A DNA stretch of 64,000 bases from Trichoplax sp. H2 (taxonomy: Eukaryota): assembly GCA_003344405.1 (NCBI GenBank), contig NOWV01000027.1:558001-622000 (forward strand), read 5' to 3'. The notes beneath the pieces are model-generated. The model made no database searches. It saw only the letters and a list, made by a program, of their open reading frames with translations, and had not been told where the DNA came from. Below, in pieces: positions 1 to 11,324 of the stretch; position 1 is the first letter of the stretch, and each line of letters begins with the position of its first letter. Both the position numbers and the translations under genes were made by a program.

Positions 1-1747
1 AATCTCTAGAAAGTATCCCAAATCGACAATCTAGATCAGATACAAGTATAAATTTGGATGAGGTACGGAGTTATTAACATTCATTGCAATATTGATGTTA
101 ATGTAATTTTTGAAAGAGTTCAGCTCTAGCTGAAAGAACCAGTTATCTTGCTATAGTTAAGAATATTCTCTATGATTGCTTTAAGCTTTTAAGATATGTT
201 GATCAACTACACCGTAATTATGACCCAAAAAGTCGCCGCAAAGCTTTAGATAAGTTGAAAAGTATATATGGCAAGGTAAGCAAATTTGAAATCATCAATC
301 TGTTTTACGTTGGCGGTTAACCCGCTACTGTTAATCATTTGTATAATAAAATTATGGTAGATTATAAAAAAATTTAAAAGCTATAATTGTATGTTAACAT
401 TGTAGAGCATCTTAATTTATCAAGTATATAATATTTCATTAAAGATTGCCGAGAGATATCTTATAACTATTACAATCTCTAAACATTACCATATGCTGAA
501 GATTATGTCTATTTCCTTTAATTGATCTTGTCGTGTGACTGAATAGAAAATTTTTGTCGTACTTGTTTCACATTGGTCTCTCAAACTTCAAATATAGTAT
601 CAAGAAAATGTACAAGTATTATGGAGATATGCTAGAGCACACCTTGAACTATGTGAATATGTCGATAAAGATGAAGCCAAAACACTAACATACAGTGCAC
701 TCGATATCGCCAAGAAAGTTCTATCTATCAATGATAGCTGTAGTGAAGGCCATAAATGGTAACGTAATCTACCAATTTAGTTCTCTAGTTGATTCTCGAC
801 AGAAAAAACTTTGATCCATTACTACGTGTTCTATCCTTTTTGATGTCTGATAATTTAGGTACGGAATAGCCTTAGGTGCTATTATATCGTATGAAGGTAA
901 CAAGAAAAAAATAGAACTAGGCTTTGAATTTAAGGTAGAAATGGATAGAGCAATCGAATTAAACCCCGAAGATCATGAAGTTATGGGTTACATAGGAAGG
1001 TGGTGCTATGAGGTAATTGAAATACCTTTTGTCATCATTTATGTAGATCATTGAATTTGTGAACTTTCAATCTTAGTGTGCATCATTATCATGGTATGAG
1101 AAAAAAGCAGCACGACTAATTTATGGTGATCTGCCGTCTGCCACTATCAGTGAAGCTCGAGAATATTTAATTAAAGTAAGAACTGAAAGTTTGGGATATA
1201 TTTTTCACTTATACAAGCTAGCTAAGTTACATGTTTAAAATAATTTATGGGTGTGATATCTTATACAGGCAGATGGAATGCAGCCTGGATATTCCAAAAA
1301 TACGAGACTTTACGTAGGAAAAGTATGTGTACTGATACTAGTGAATACTATTAGTTTAATTAAATCTTGTGAATTTCAATAAAGGTCTTAGTTATTGTTT
1401 AATTCATCTTCCTTTGGCAACTAACATGTATTGTTAATTTTCTAGTGTTACCTATATGATAAAGATTATAGAAATGCACGTCACTGGCTCTTACAAGCCA
1501 AAGAAGTTGCTACTATAACTTCGCAGGCAAGTCTAAACTCTAATTATTTTGTTACTTGTGTCAATAATAACAGATAATTTGTGATTTAAAATCTATATGA
1601 ACTCCTATAAAATATAGAAATTTATGCTTTAGGTGAGCGACAAATTTAAAAAATTTACCAATTTTATAATATTTGATTTCATGTCTTAATGATATTTAGG
1701 ATAGAGAAGCAGAAAAGGAGATTGAAAAGTTACTCTTACAATGCTGA
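1..1747 (+). CDS. RMDN: Regulator of microtubule dynamics (RMDN/FAM82-like, TPR-like) protein, 5'-partial. Exons approx. 1-62, 117-275, 598-758, 859-1012, 1077-1175, 1269-1322, 1446-1526, 1700-1747.
   Basis: Spliced translation includes ...ENVQVLWRYARAH...SEGHKWYGIALG...FKVEMDRAIELNPED...IGRWCYECASLSWYEKKAARLIYGDLPSAT...DREAEKEIEKLLLQC*, matching RMDN family motifs (LWRxARA, HKW, GRWCY, LSWxE). The first two exons are less certain. The last intron is GC-AG. Confidence 0.9.
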
Positions 1748-3922
1748 TAGAGATCTATTCTGAATTGTTATTTTTTTGTACCCTCTTTTGGAAACGATTG
1801 TTGCCACCAAGTTATAAGCTGTCTGATTAATTAAAATCATATAGTTACCATGAATTTTCATTTATGCTGCTATGCTATAATGGATAATATAATTACTTCA
1901 AAAGACATTATTATTTCTCTCCTACAAACTTGTACAGGATATAAATGAAAGATATTTATTGATTTATTGATTTGGTTGATGAATAAGATTAACTACTTCA
2001 CATCAACTAATTCATGTTAAGTAATATTTTAGTAACTACGTAGCGCTGCAATATTCATCGTAAAACTGTAAATGTATCGATTTTTTTGCGCATATAGACA
2101 ATTTCGTCCATGGATTCTGTAACATGTTGTAAGAGAATGAATAAATTAATAAATCTGAATCCTATCATTTATAATATCTTACTGCTGTGCTAATAAACCA
2201 GCCACAAACGTGATGACATAGTCATTTTATGATCCAAATATTCACATAGCAATCATTTCGTTAATCTGATACATTCATAATTGGAAAATTTTAGTTTTAG
2301 TATTGTTGATAATATCTTAACTAATTTTTGATATTATTTCTAACCATATCTAAAGAACTGAGTACAAGTAACTACTAGAATTTTTTGATAGATTATAAGT
2401 TAAGGATATTCTTCAGATTTACTAGATGAAATTACTTTTGTTTTAACCTTGGCAGATCAAGATCAATAACCTATTACCGTACGCCTACTGCATTAGTGCT
2501 ACTAATTATGCATCCCAAGGAATTTACCTTTGTTTAATGTAGATAGCTGCAACGCTGCTTTATAATATAATCAAAAATCAGGATAGTTTAATACCAGTAA
2601 ATCTTATCATGTAAACTTTGAATGGCCTCTGATATACGGAAGGAGCCTCATAAGCTTTTATCTGATAGCAGATAAGCGTGATTTTGTAACATAGGCCGGC
2701 AACGAAGGGTAAATACGAGTTATCCTTTATGTTGTTAACTGACTATGATAATTGTAGTTAATTAAGATTACTAAAATTGTAGCGTCGGTACTCCAGACTG
2801 ACTCAAAACCAATCAATCAACTAACCAATTTTACATGATTTAATTATTCGTTCAAATCATGTTGTGGAAGTATTCACTTCATTTTTATTCTACGATTTTA
2901 AACATTCGTTAAAGGAATGCATCTCAATTGAGTTTGAGCTATATTATCCTGCACTTTATTCATGTAAAATTCAATAACTCGACCGAAACCATTGACTAGT
3001 AAGACAGTAACGTGAAATTTGTGCTTATCTTAATTTAATAAATATACAGATTAATATGCACAAGTAATAACCCATGTCTTTATCTTCAACGAGTCGGGCG
3101 ATATAACATTATTTTCAAATAAGATTTTAAGTAGCTAGCGTCAGCAAAAGTAACCAATATTGGTCATGTTCTTAGGAGGCAAAAGTCTGGTGTAATCTAT
3201 ACATGTAAATTAACATTAATTTGCAAAATATCTGCATTTACACACCAGCTATCTTAACTCAATGACGATCACGTTATTCTTATTTATCCACAGCATTAGG
3301 ATACTTTCAGTATCTCTTACAGTTATATTTATAGGGAATCTCTACTTAAATTATTACAGGAATTGTTTGTAGTTGCAGTATCATTTGCAACTTATAGTAT
3401 ATAGAAGTGAATGCAAATAAATTTAATTGATCCGCAATAAAAATGTTGGCTAATAAGTCAGTAAGCAGTATTATAATAGGTAAGTGAAAAGAAAGAATTA
3501 TTAAGAAGACCCTAGATCTGTTACTTAATAGATATTTTAGATAAGATTAAATTGATCTCGCTCTGTAATAAATGTCTACTGCTACAAAAAATTTTACCCG
3601 TTTACCCGTATCGCATACTATATCAATTTATGTAAGATATTGTATTTACAGCCCCTATTGAAATATCTTACTTAAAATTCAGAATTAGGTTACAATGCAG
3701 TTTCTGCAGTTATACAGAGTGTTAAGCGATTCATTGATTATTTATAATAACTGTATGAACCGTTGAAATAACGATAAGTAAAAACTGATTTAATATCAGA
3801 ATCTATCACTTGGCAAACAGCGTAAACTTCAGTTCTAGTATTGCAGTAACTTTTAAGGTGCATAATTAAAACTATTAGTAACAGATTAAATATTAACCGA
3901 TTCGAAATGGATAAGTCTCTGT

Positions 3923-5876
3923 TTATATATTATCTTCAATTTGTAGCTGTTCTAGAGGGCTATCGTCACTCGGTCCATGGCTTGTCCCAGGTGTCGGAGG
4001 GCTATTGCTGCGGAGTCCTCGATCAAAGTTAGATGCATTCAGAAAGTTGTTTACATTGTTGTTGCCTTGTTGATAGTTGTTTGATGAAGAATTTGTATCT
4101 GTCGATGGTCCAGTTATAGCGGTATTACCCCAAGTTACACAATGCCTACGTAAAGCAGCAGCCATAGCGGCATTATTTGATCGGGTCGCTAGTATAAATG
4201 TATCGTCCGGGGGTGTTCCACTACCACGATTTTCGTACAATAGCGCATTTAGTGTTTCCTCATAAATTTTAGCTTCTGGAAATTCTACTTTGGTTTGCTT
4301 TTTCTCGGTTGTATAGACAATTGAAGTGCAGCATACTTCGGCTAACTTACGCCCATCAGCGTAAAATGACCAGCTGCAAATCTCGTTATTTCCCATCACG
4401 TCTTTCATAAAAATTATTCGACCATTAAATCGTAGCGATAACTTGTCAAACATTTCAATATTTTTTAGAAAATTTTCATCCGAAAAGCTAACATTGAATA
4501 AAATAATGCAACATATCTTTAATATCAATTTATAAAATCACAAAGTAATCTACAGCAGCACTGACTGTTATGCCTCTCTAAGCACCAGAGAAATTATTGA
4601 AAATCATGTCATTGATTTAATAGGGAATAACTTGACCCATAGAAATATCGTCGACATCAATGATATACACGTACTGTACATACCTCGTATAGGAGTATTT
4701 GTTATTTGATCGATTATACAGTAACTTGATGCAAGGCTAAAATTAAACATTCAAGTTAAGATCAGGGATACAAGACCATGTATATAGACTTGACTGAATT
4801 CAATCTTTTTATATCATATACATATATTAAGTCATAATATAAAAGACTGTCTTGAACATGTTGGTTAATTTTGCTATGATGCAGTTAGCACTCGATATCT
4901 TACCTTATTGGCAGCACTAACGATTTTTTGCTCTTCCTGAATAGAAGTGATGATTGGTACACGGCAAATGGGGATATAGTGCCTATTTTTTCCCTCTAAA
5001 TGCTTGAGTGTATCTTCACAAACTTTGGCTAAGTCTTCAATCAAGAAGTATTTGGCTTCCATCATTAATTCCTTACACTCCTCATAGGAATCCGTTAATA
5101 TCGTAGTGCGATCGCGCAAATAATTTAGTATTTTACCGAAATGTTTACCATCTCGATCGATAAGTACCCAACCTGCATACAAGTACGAATGATGATAGGA
5201 TCTATGAAATTACTCATTATAGCAGATATTATTGATTTAAAAGATTTTGTACTTTAGCTGTGTGATCCTATAGGATCACCATCAGTGAGTTAAACAAACT
5301 CCAAAAAAGACAATTATCATCATTTCTTAATGTGCTCTGGACACTAGTTAACATTGAAAAACGTTCAAGCTAGGATTTGCAAAAATTTTCAATAGCGACT
5401 ATATAATTTAAAAGATTAGATTTGTTAGTCAATACTGTTGAGCATAAGCAGGGTACGATTCTATATTGTTACTACATTATTACATTTGAATGTTGTTGTA
5501 ACTCATACTATCGAATATAGCACAGTAATAAGTAGAAAATGCATGCCGCTATACGAGTATGGAGTACAGTATATTGTAATGAATGATATCCTGTTCGATA
5601 ACAGCAGGAAAAAAAATATTTGACTTGAAGGATATTAATGATAGTTTTATGTTGTTATTTATGAGTAGCCAATGTGATTACCACATAGTCGTTATTATTC
5701 TTACCTTCTGGATCAGTTAGGACTTCCATGCGGCCGCTAAACATTGCTCTTAGCATATTATCTTGCTTAATCAGTGTAGCAAGGGTAGTATAATAAAGGC
5801 AGCCACCGACATTTAATTTAATATATTTAGATGGTGGTCCGGTGATGATGCTATATCTAACCGCCTGATCCGACAT
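3923..5876 (-). CDS. KCTD10: BTB/POZ-domain CUL3 adaptor of the KCTD10/KCTD13/TNFAIP1 (BACURD) family, 352 aa. Exons 5876-5705, 5172-4904, 4736-4684, 4487-3923.
   Basis: Contains [15 protein letters not shown]...[46 protein letters not shown] and [32 protein letters not shown]. All introns are GT-AG with consistent phases. Confidence 0.95.
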
Positions 5877-6689
5877 CTTGATCCTAATGAATTTGAAAAA
5901 TGTATTCAATTAAGATATAACTGACTAGTTCATGGTTGCAGTTGAATCTTCAGAATATATTGAGTCAATGGGTAAGCATTCCAGTACTTCTGTAGACCGT
6001 GAGTACAGTATGTATGTACGTAAATTGACTTTTCAAACTTTAGTCATAGAAAAGTTGAGACAACCCAGTATCCTACTGCATATTCAGGTATGAGAGTAGT
6101 CTAGTAATGATTGTAATTGTCATTATTATTCTACGAGCATTATCATATTATTTTGATCATGAATATAAACCATTGGAAATGGGTAGTGTACCCATGTTAA
6201 TACTGTACAGTATGATGGTAGCACTATCATTACTTTATGGTGACCTGTTCGATGTAAATGACAAACTTACTCCAAGATGTACTTTTAGCAGACGTGCAAT
6301 ATTAGCAATAACCTCTATGTACACTGTACAGTAATGTGACATTGTCCATTTCTCAAACTGAAAGCTCGACTTGATAGTACAGTATATGGTATAACGGAAG
6401 CATTTTCTTTAATTACCGAGAGCACTATGCAATCTTTTCTTCTGGACTTATCAGAGAGTAATATGCAATCGCTTTTTCCAAGGTAATTTGCAGGTTCCAC
6501 CACAATCTACTCGCTGTACAGTCTCGGTAGCTGGTGTAGCCTTGTATCATTCAAGAAGTAATCTCTGTCGATCACCAAATATTGAACAACAACGTTCCAA
6601 TTCAGAAGATGGGACTGGCTTGCGATGTTGACAAAATGTCGCCTATCTAGGCCTGGCCTTCTTCTTCATGGAATACTGGATATGACATA

Positions 6690-7205
6690 TACAGTACATA
6701 TACTGTACACTGTACAGTACGTGCCCTGTACTGTACCGTATTGCGTCAGAGACTAACTAGTACGGGCCTGTACTGTACAGTATTACGTCAGAGACTAACC
6801 GGCTATAGTTGCTGTCTACAGTAAAGGGTCTCTAGTCTACTATACGGTGTACAGTACTGTATGAGTCATGGTCGTACCTGAGAAATTTCGGTTTACAACC
6901 TACAGTACGTTGAGTATTTAGTATAGTAAATCTACAGTACTGTACACTGTACATTGAGTATTCAGCATAGTAAATCTACAGTACAGTATACAGTACTCAA
7001 CGTACAGTACAGTACTGTAGATTTACTATACTGCACTGTACTGAATACTCAACGTACAGTACAGTACAGTACAGTATAGTACTGTAGATTTTACTACTGT
7101 ACTGTACTGTACAGTACAGTACAGTACTGTATACTGAATACTGTACTGAATACTGTACTCAACGTACTGTACTGTACAATACTGTAATACTGCGCTGTAC
7201 TGTAC
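6690..7205. repeat. CAGTA/TACTG low-complexity tract with nested inverted repeats, in the KCTD10/IFT20 divergent promoter
   Basis: Runs of (CAGTA)n switch to (TACTG)n. The unit 'gtacgttgagtatt..tagtaaatctacagtac' (6901-6940, 6948-6984) recurs as its reverse complement (7012-7060, 7079-7170). Confidence 0.9.
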
Positions 7206-7243
7206 CACCGGTAGATCCCAGTAGAATAAAGAATCCAATCGAC

Positions 7244-7256
7244 GTTGCTATGAGAC
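7244..7256. promoter_or_regulatory. Putative RFX X-box (GTTGCTATGAGAC) with adjacent CCAAT, about 20 bp upstream of the IFT20 ATG
   Basis: A strong GTTGCY half-site plus a weaker GTCTC half-site. IFT genes are classic RFX targets in animals. Confidence 0.55.
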
Positions 7257-7275
7257 AAAATACAGAAAAGAGAAG

Positions 7276-8549
7276 ATGGAGGACGACTCCGTATCACTTG
7301 GTAACGGATTATTCATCGATGAACTCTGCAAATTAAGAGTTTTAAATCCTGAAATTGCAACCCGAACACAGCAACTCAATGGAGAATGTAAAGAATTCGT
7401 TGATAGTAAGACTAAAATAGGGTTAAAATCGATAGGAAATACGATATACGTTATAATAGATAGGATATACATCCTTACCAGTATGTGGTGTTGCCTGACG
7501 TATAAGTGCTGTATCATAATATCAATTTTACTGCCTTTCCCAATATAACGATAAGATTGAGAACTTAAAATTGAATTCATTACGATAAAAGAATTCTTCA
7601 GAAATTGCTTACCATGTCACTTTATTCCCTCGGTTTAGTAGTCAAGTGTAGAGGACTACGGTAGTAGAAGTCATAAAATATTCGCCATTATAGCATTTTT
7701 GTAGTCGTTTTTCGTGTGTATTATACCTAAAAAACCTTCATGATGGGGTAACATGATATCGATAGTTATCATAAAAATTAGTAGTGTAGATGAATGTTAC
7801 CTTTCTCCATGTTTCCTTCCTCCTCTAATGTTCCATTCACACTTATTTATAAATGACAACCGTAGTAAACTTGTAATCTCTCAATTATAGAAATCAACGA
7901 ATTTCAAAGGATTGTCGGTGGGTTCATTTCGATGGTTAGCGATTTGGCCACACAAGTGGAAAATGAGAAAATGAAGGTACTATAAAATTCTTATGTATCA
8001 GGTAGAATTGCTTGGAAGTCTTGGTCAAGCAAGTTGTATAATTCTATGACGATTGTTAGGCTGTAGAAAACATTCGTATACTCAGCAATAAATGATAGGT
8101 TAACAGTGTTAGACTTTATTTGAGAGGTGTTTAGCAGTACTTTGCATGATGAATGCGGGGAATTATCTTCATAGACGGCAATATAAATCTCTATAATTGA
8201 TAGATGATAATTTTGCGCAGTTGTCATCATCAAGCCGTAAATCTAAATTCTATAACCGTGCTATAAACTTGAATGATAACCTCTTTAGGCAATTGGATGT
8301 CGTAACCTTCTGAAGTCTATAGCCAAAGAAAGAGAAACCAAAAGGCAGCAACTACTAGCTTTAATAACTGAGAAAAAAATGCAGCTAGAACGGTAAGCTA
8401 CTTCTAATCTTAATGGTATTAACTTAGCTTTTACTCATTTCATGTTTTATTTTTTACATATTACTAGGTTAAATACCCAATATGAATCCCTACTAAAAGT
8501 TGAAGCGGATCAAAACGAGTTTATTGAACAGTTTATTATGCAAAAATAA
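7276..8549 (+). CDS. IFT20: Intraflagellar transport protein 20, 133 aa. Exons 7276-7405, 7891-7976, 8289-8392, 8468-8549.
   Basis: [16 protein letters not shown]...[20 protein letters not shown]...[23 protein letters not shown]...[34 protein letters not shown] is a near-textbook IFT20. Confidence 0.97.
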
Positions 8550-9200
8550 GCGTAAAATAGCATTTTAAAGTGCATATTGGCAAATTTTAAATTATGCTGA
8601 GTTATTCCCTGTTTGAAGCATTTCGATGTTTATAAAGTTTATTATCTTTCTAATGTAATTTAGGTTTTCACCAGCGTTACTACAATCGCACATAAATATT
8701 GTAATTTTGACCGGTATATTGCCATTTTTATCAGTGTAATTATCGGTAGCATAATACTTGTTTATTTCACATTTGGACCTTATGAAATAATGTACAAATT
8801 CAGATAGTGATCGTGTCACCTTATACTATATTAAAGCTCGGGATTTACGAGGTAGGAATCAACTGTAGAATAAAATCTAGTACTTTTCAATACTATTACA
8901 ATCCTGTAGAACTTAGCAAATTTATCAATAAAAAATTTGTTCGACGAAAGAATTGAAGTTGAAATCGTGCAATTACTAGTAGTCATCATTTTTAATACTG
9001 TAAATTTTTCAGAGTGAAAAACGGGCTTTCCGATCTTTCTGAGTAACCAGTAATAATTTTGCCTTTCTTAAATGAATAGATAAATACCTGCCATCTATTT
9101 TAAGTATAGTAATTGAGATCAGATATAATCTTTAACCTTAGAATATCTAATTGTAAAGTGCTTACCACTACAAGCTCTCAGTACATTGATATATTAGCTG

Positions 9201-9314
9201 ACTGATTATATGCAAACATTTACTGTTTTTATTATACACGAACAGAAGGCTGCCAGAAGTTAATTCTAATATAGAATGAACTGACTATATGCAAACATTT
9301 ACTGTTTTTATTAT
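9201..9314. repeat. 35-bp direct repeat (9201-9235, 9280-9314; one mismatch)
   Basis: actga(t/c)tatatgcaaacatttactgtttttattat occurs twice. Confidence 0.85.
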
Positions 9315-9626
9315 TGATTAACCACCTGTTACTGTTAATACACATTATATCTTATTTTATTATATTGAATCAAATAGATACCATTGGAGTAGTAATCATA
9401 CTCATATAGCAAATTGTTACAACAAAGTAGTTGACAGATAGTTGCCATTCTAATACATTCAACTAAAATTACTGCTAGAATTGCTAGAATTTATTTTACG
9501 CGATAACAGGCAGTTTCACAACATTGCCGAAATACAGTTGTGGGCATGCAGACAGAAAGGGAATTCGATGCGTTTCTGAATTTAAAGCCTGAATTCGTGT
9601 AATCCAATCGATGCCAAAGAATTCAT

Positions 9627-11324
9627 CTAATTCATTCCAGACTTCATAGCTGCAGTGATCATATCAAAAGTTTTTGACCAGGCTTCATGGACTTCTGGTG
9701 TGAAATTTTCTTGCAATTTATCGCTAAGAGTTTGTATAAGCGCTTGACCTACAGCCTTTTATAAAAGCAAATTATTCATTAATTTTATAAAGCACCGGAT
9801 AAAACTGAGAAGGCTTCATAATCTACAAACTTGATTGTAAGAGCTTGTAGATTTATATAGAGATATTAAAACCGTCAGAAGAATGAAGACTTTTTTAGTG
9901 CCTCAGCGTTACTATCAGAATATCACGCTCCGTTTAGTTATTTGAAAATCATCCACGAGAATTGGATTGTTAAATGCTGCAGTTAAATTTTACGCACTTC
10001 TACAACTTCCATCAAGCTCAGATGGCAATAAATGTACAACCAACCTGTAGTATTATATACTCAAGTCACTTAAAAAATCATAATTTCTAATGACATCACT
10101 AAAAAATCATCTAGTGTAGGCATTTCTATGTATAACCTGAATCAATTTGAAAGCGCAAGTGTAAACAATGAAAATCGAAAATAAAACGGTGGATTAATTA
10201 ACAATAAACCAGCTCAATAATTATACCTAAGGGCAATTTAATAGATTACAATTCAGATTTTAACGGCCATAGTCCCCTTTGGTAAAAAAATAACGTTTTT
10301 AAATAGTATACATACAGTACAACATTACTTATTTTTATGTACAGTAGTTAGTACGTATGGATTACTATAGTAGTTCAGCAAGTAATGACTCTTGAATGTA
10401 AATTGATCAAGAAATTGATCATAGCGGATGCGATGGCGTACACCGAGATTGGTGTACTGTACTGTACCTCGTATATCAAAAAAGTTAAATCAAGATAACA
10501 GTTTCTTGAGTTATTTTCTAATCAAAATTTTTATCAAGATTTAGATAACATATAGCAAAGGGTAATTTGACTCAAGTCAGATCGTCTGATAGCGAATGAT
10601 TATTGAGTTTAATCATCCCATACCCAGGTCTTTCTATCCTGACATTTTATCTAATAAAGCAATTGTATCTACAGTACTGTACATTTAAATCGTTCTGAAT
10701 AGAAAACAGATAATTACCTGAAAATTTTCAAATTTGATGGCTTTCCGGTGGTGAAATTGACCTAGTGTGCTCAATGCTGACTGCAACTCAGAAAATTGAT
10801 CCAAATTTTGCACTGCTTTCCCTACAGTCTTCATGACTCCTGTAGCGTGCACTCGTAGTCGGACGTTGTCTGTTGTTGTTTCAAATGGAAAGACTTCTCG
10901 GTATTCAGGAGCTATAGTGAATAATCTTCATGATGACAAAAAGATAAAATTTTTTTATTTCTGTACTTATAAATCGTTAAATGTAAGTCGAACATTACGT
11001 AATGTGCGAGTGAATGTCAGCACAGTAATACGCCATTTATCGTCGACTGATTATAATTATGGAAAAATCAAGTCAATTGACTAAACTAAAAAGGAGGAAG
11101 TGTATAACGCTCCTAGATAACTCTTCTATCGAAATCGTAATGAAATACACTCATTGACTGGTGAAGCTAGCAGGTATAGCAACTTACTTGGAAAATAAAT
11201 AGAGTCCAACTTCGGACATGTTCTCTTCGACATCTTGCCAATTCTCTCGAATAATAGCTTTTTGTTCTTCGGTTAACGATGGTTGTGGCGGAGTTTGAAC
11301 AGAATCGGTTTGAGCTTGATCCAT
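9627..11324 (-). CDS. Single-domain globin (neuroglobin-like), 157 aa. Exons 11324-11188, 10925-10718, 9755-9627.
   Basis: LTEEQKAIIRENW (A helix), GLYLFSKLFTIAPEYREVFPF (B/C helices, CD1 Phe), RLRVHATGVMKTVG (E7 His), LGQFHHRK (F8 His), FQAVGQALI, FTPEVHEAWSKTF. Introns fall at the canonical B12.2 and G7.0 positions. Confidence 0.95.

Noticed and set aside
7026..7297. ORFs rich in YCTV/TVQY/YSTV on both strands
   Set aside because: These are translations of the CAGTA/TACTG repeat, not proteins.
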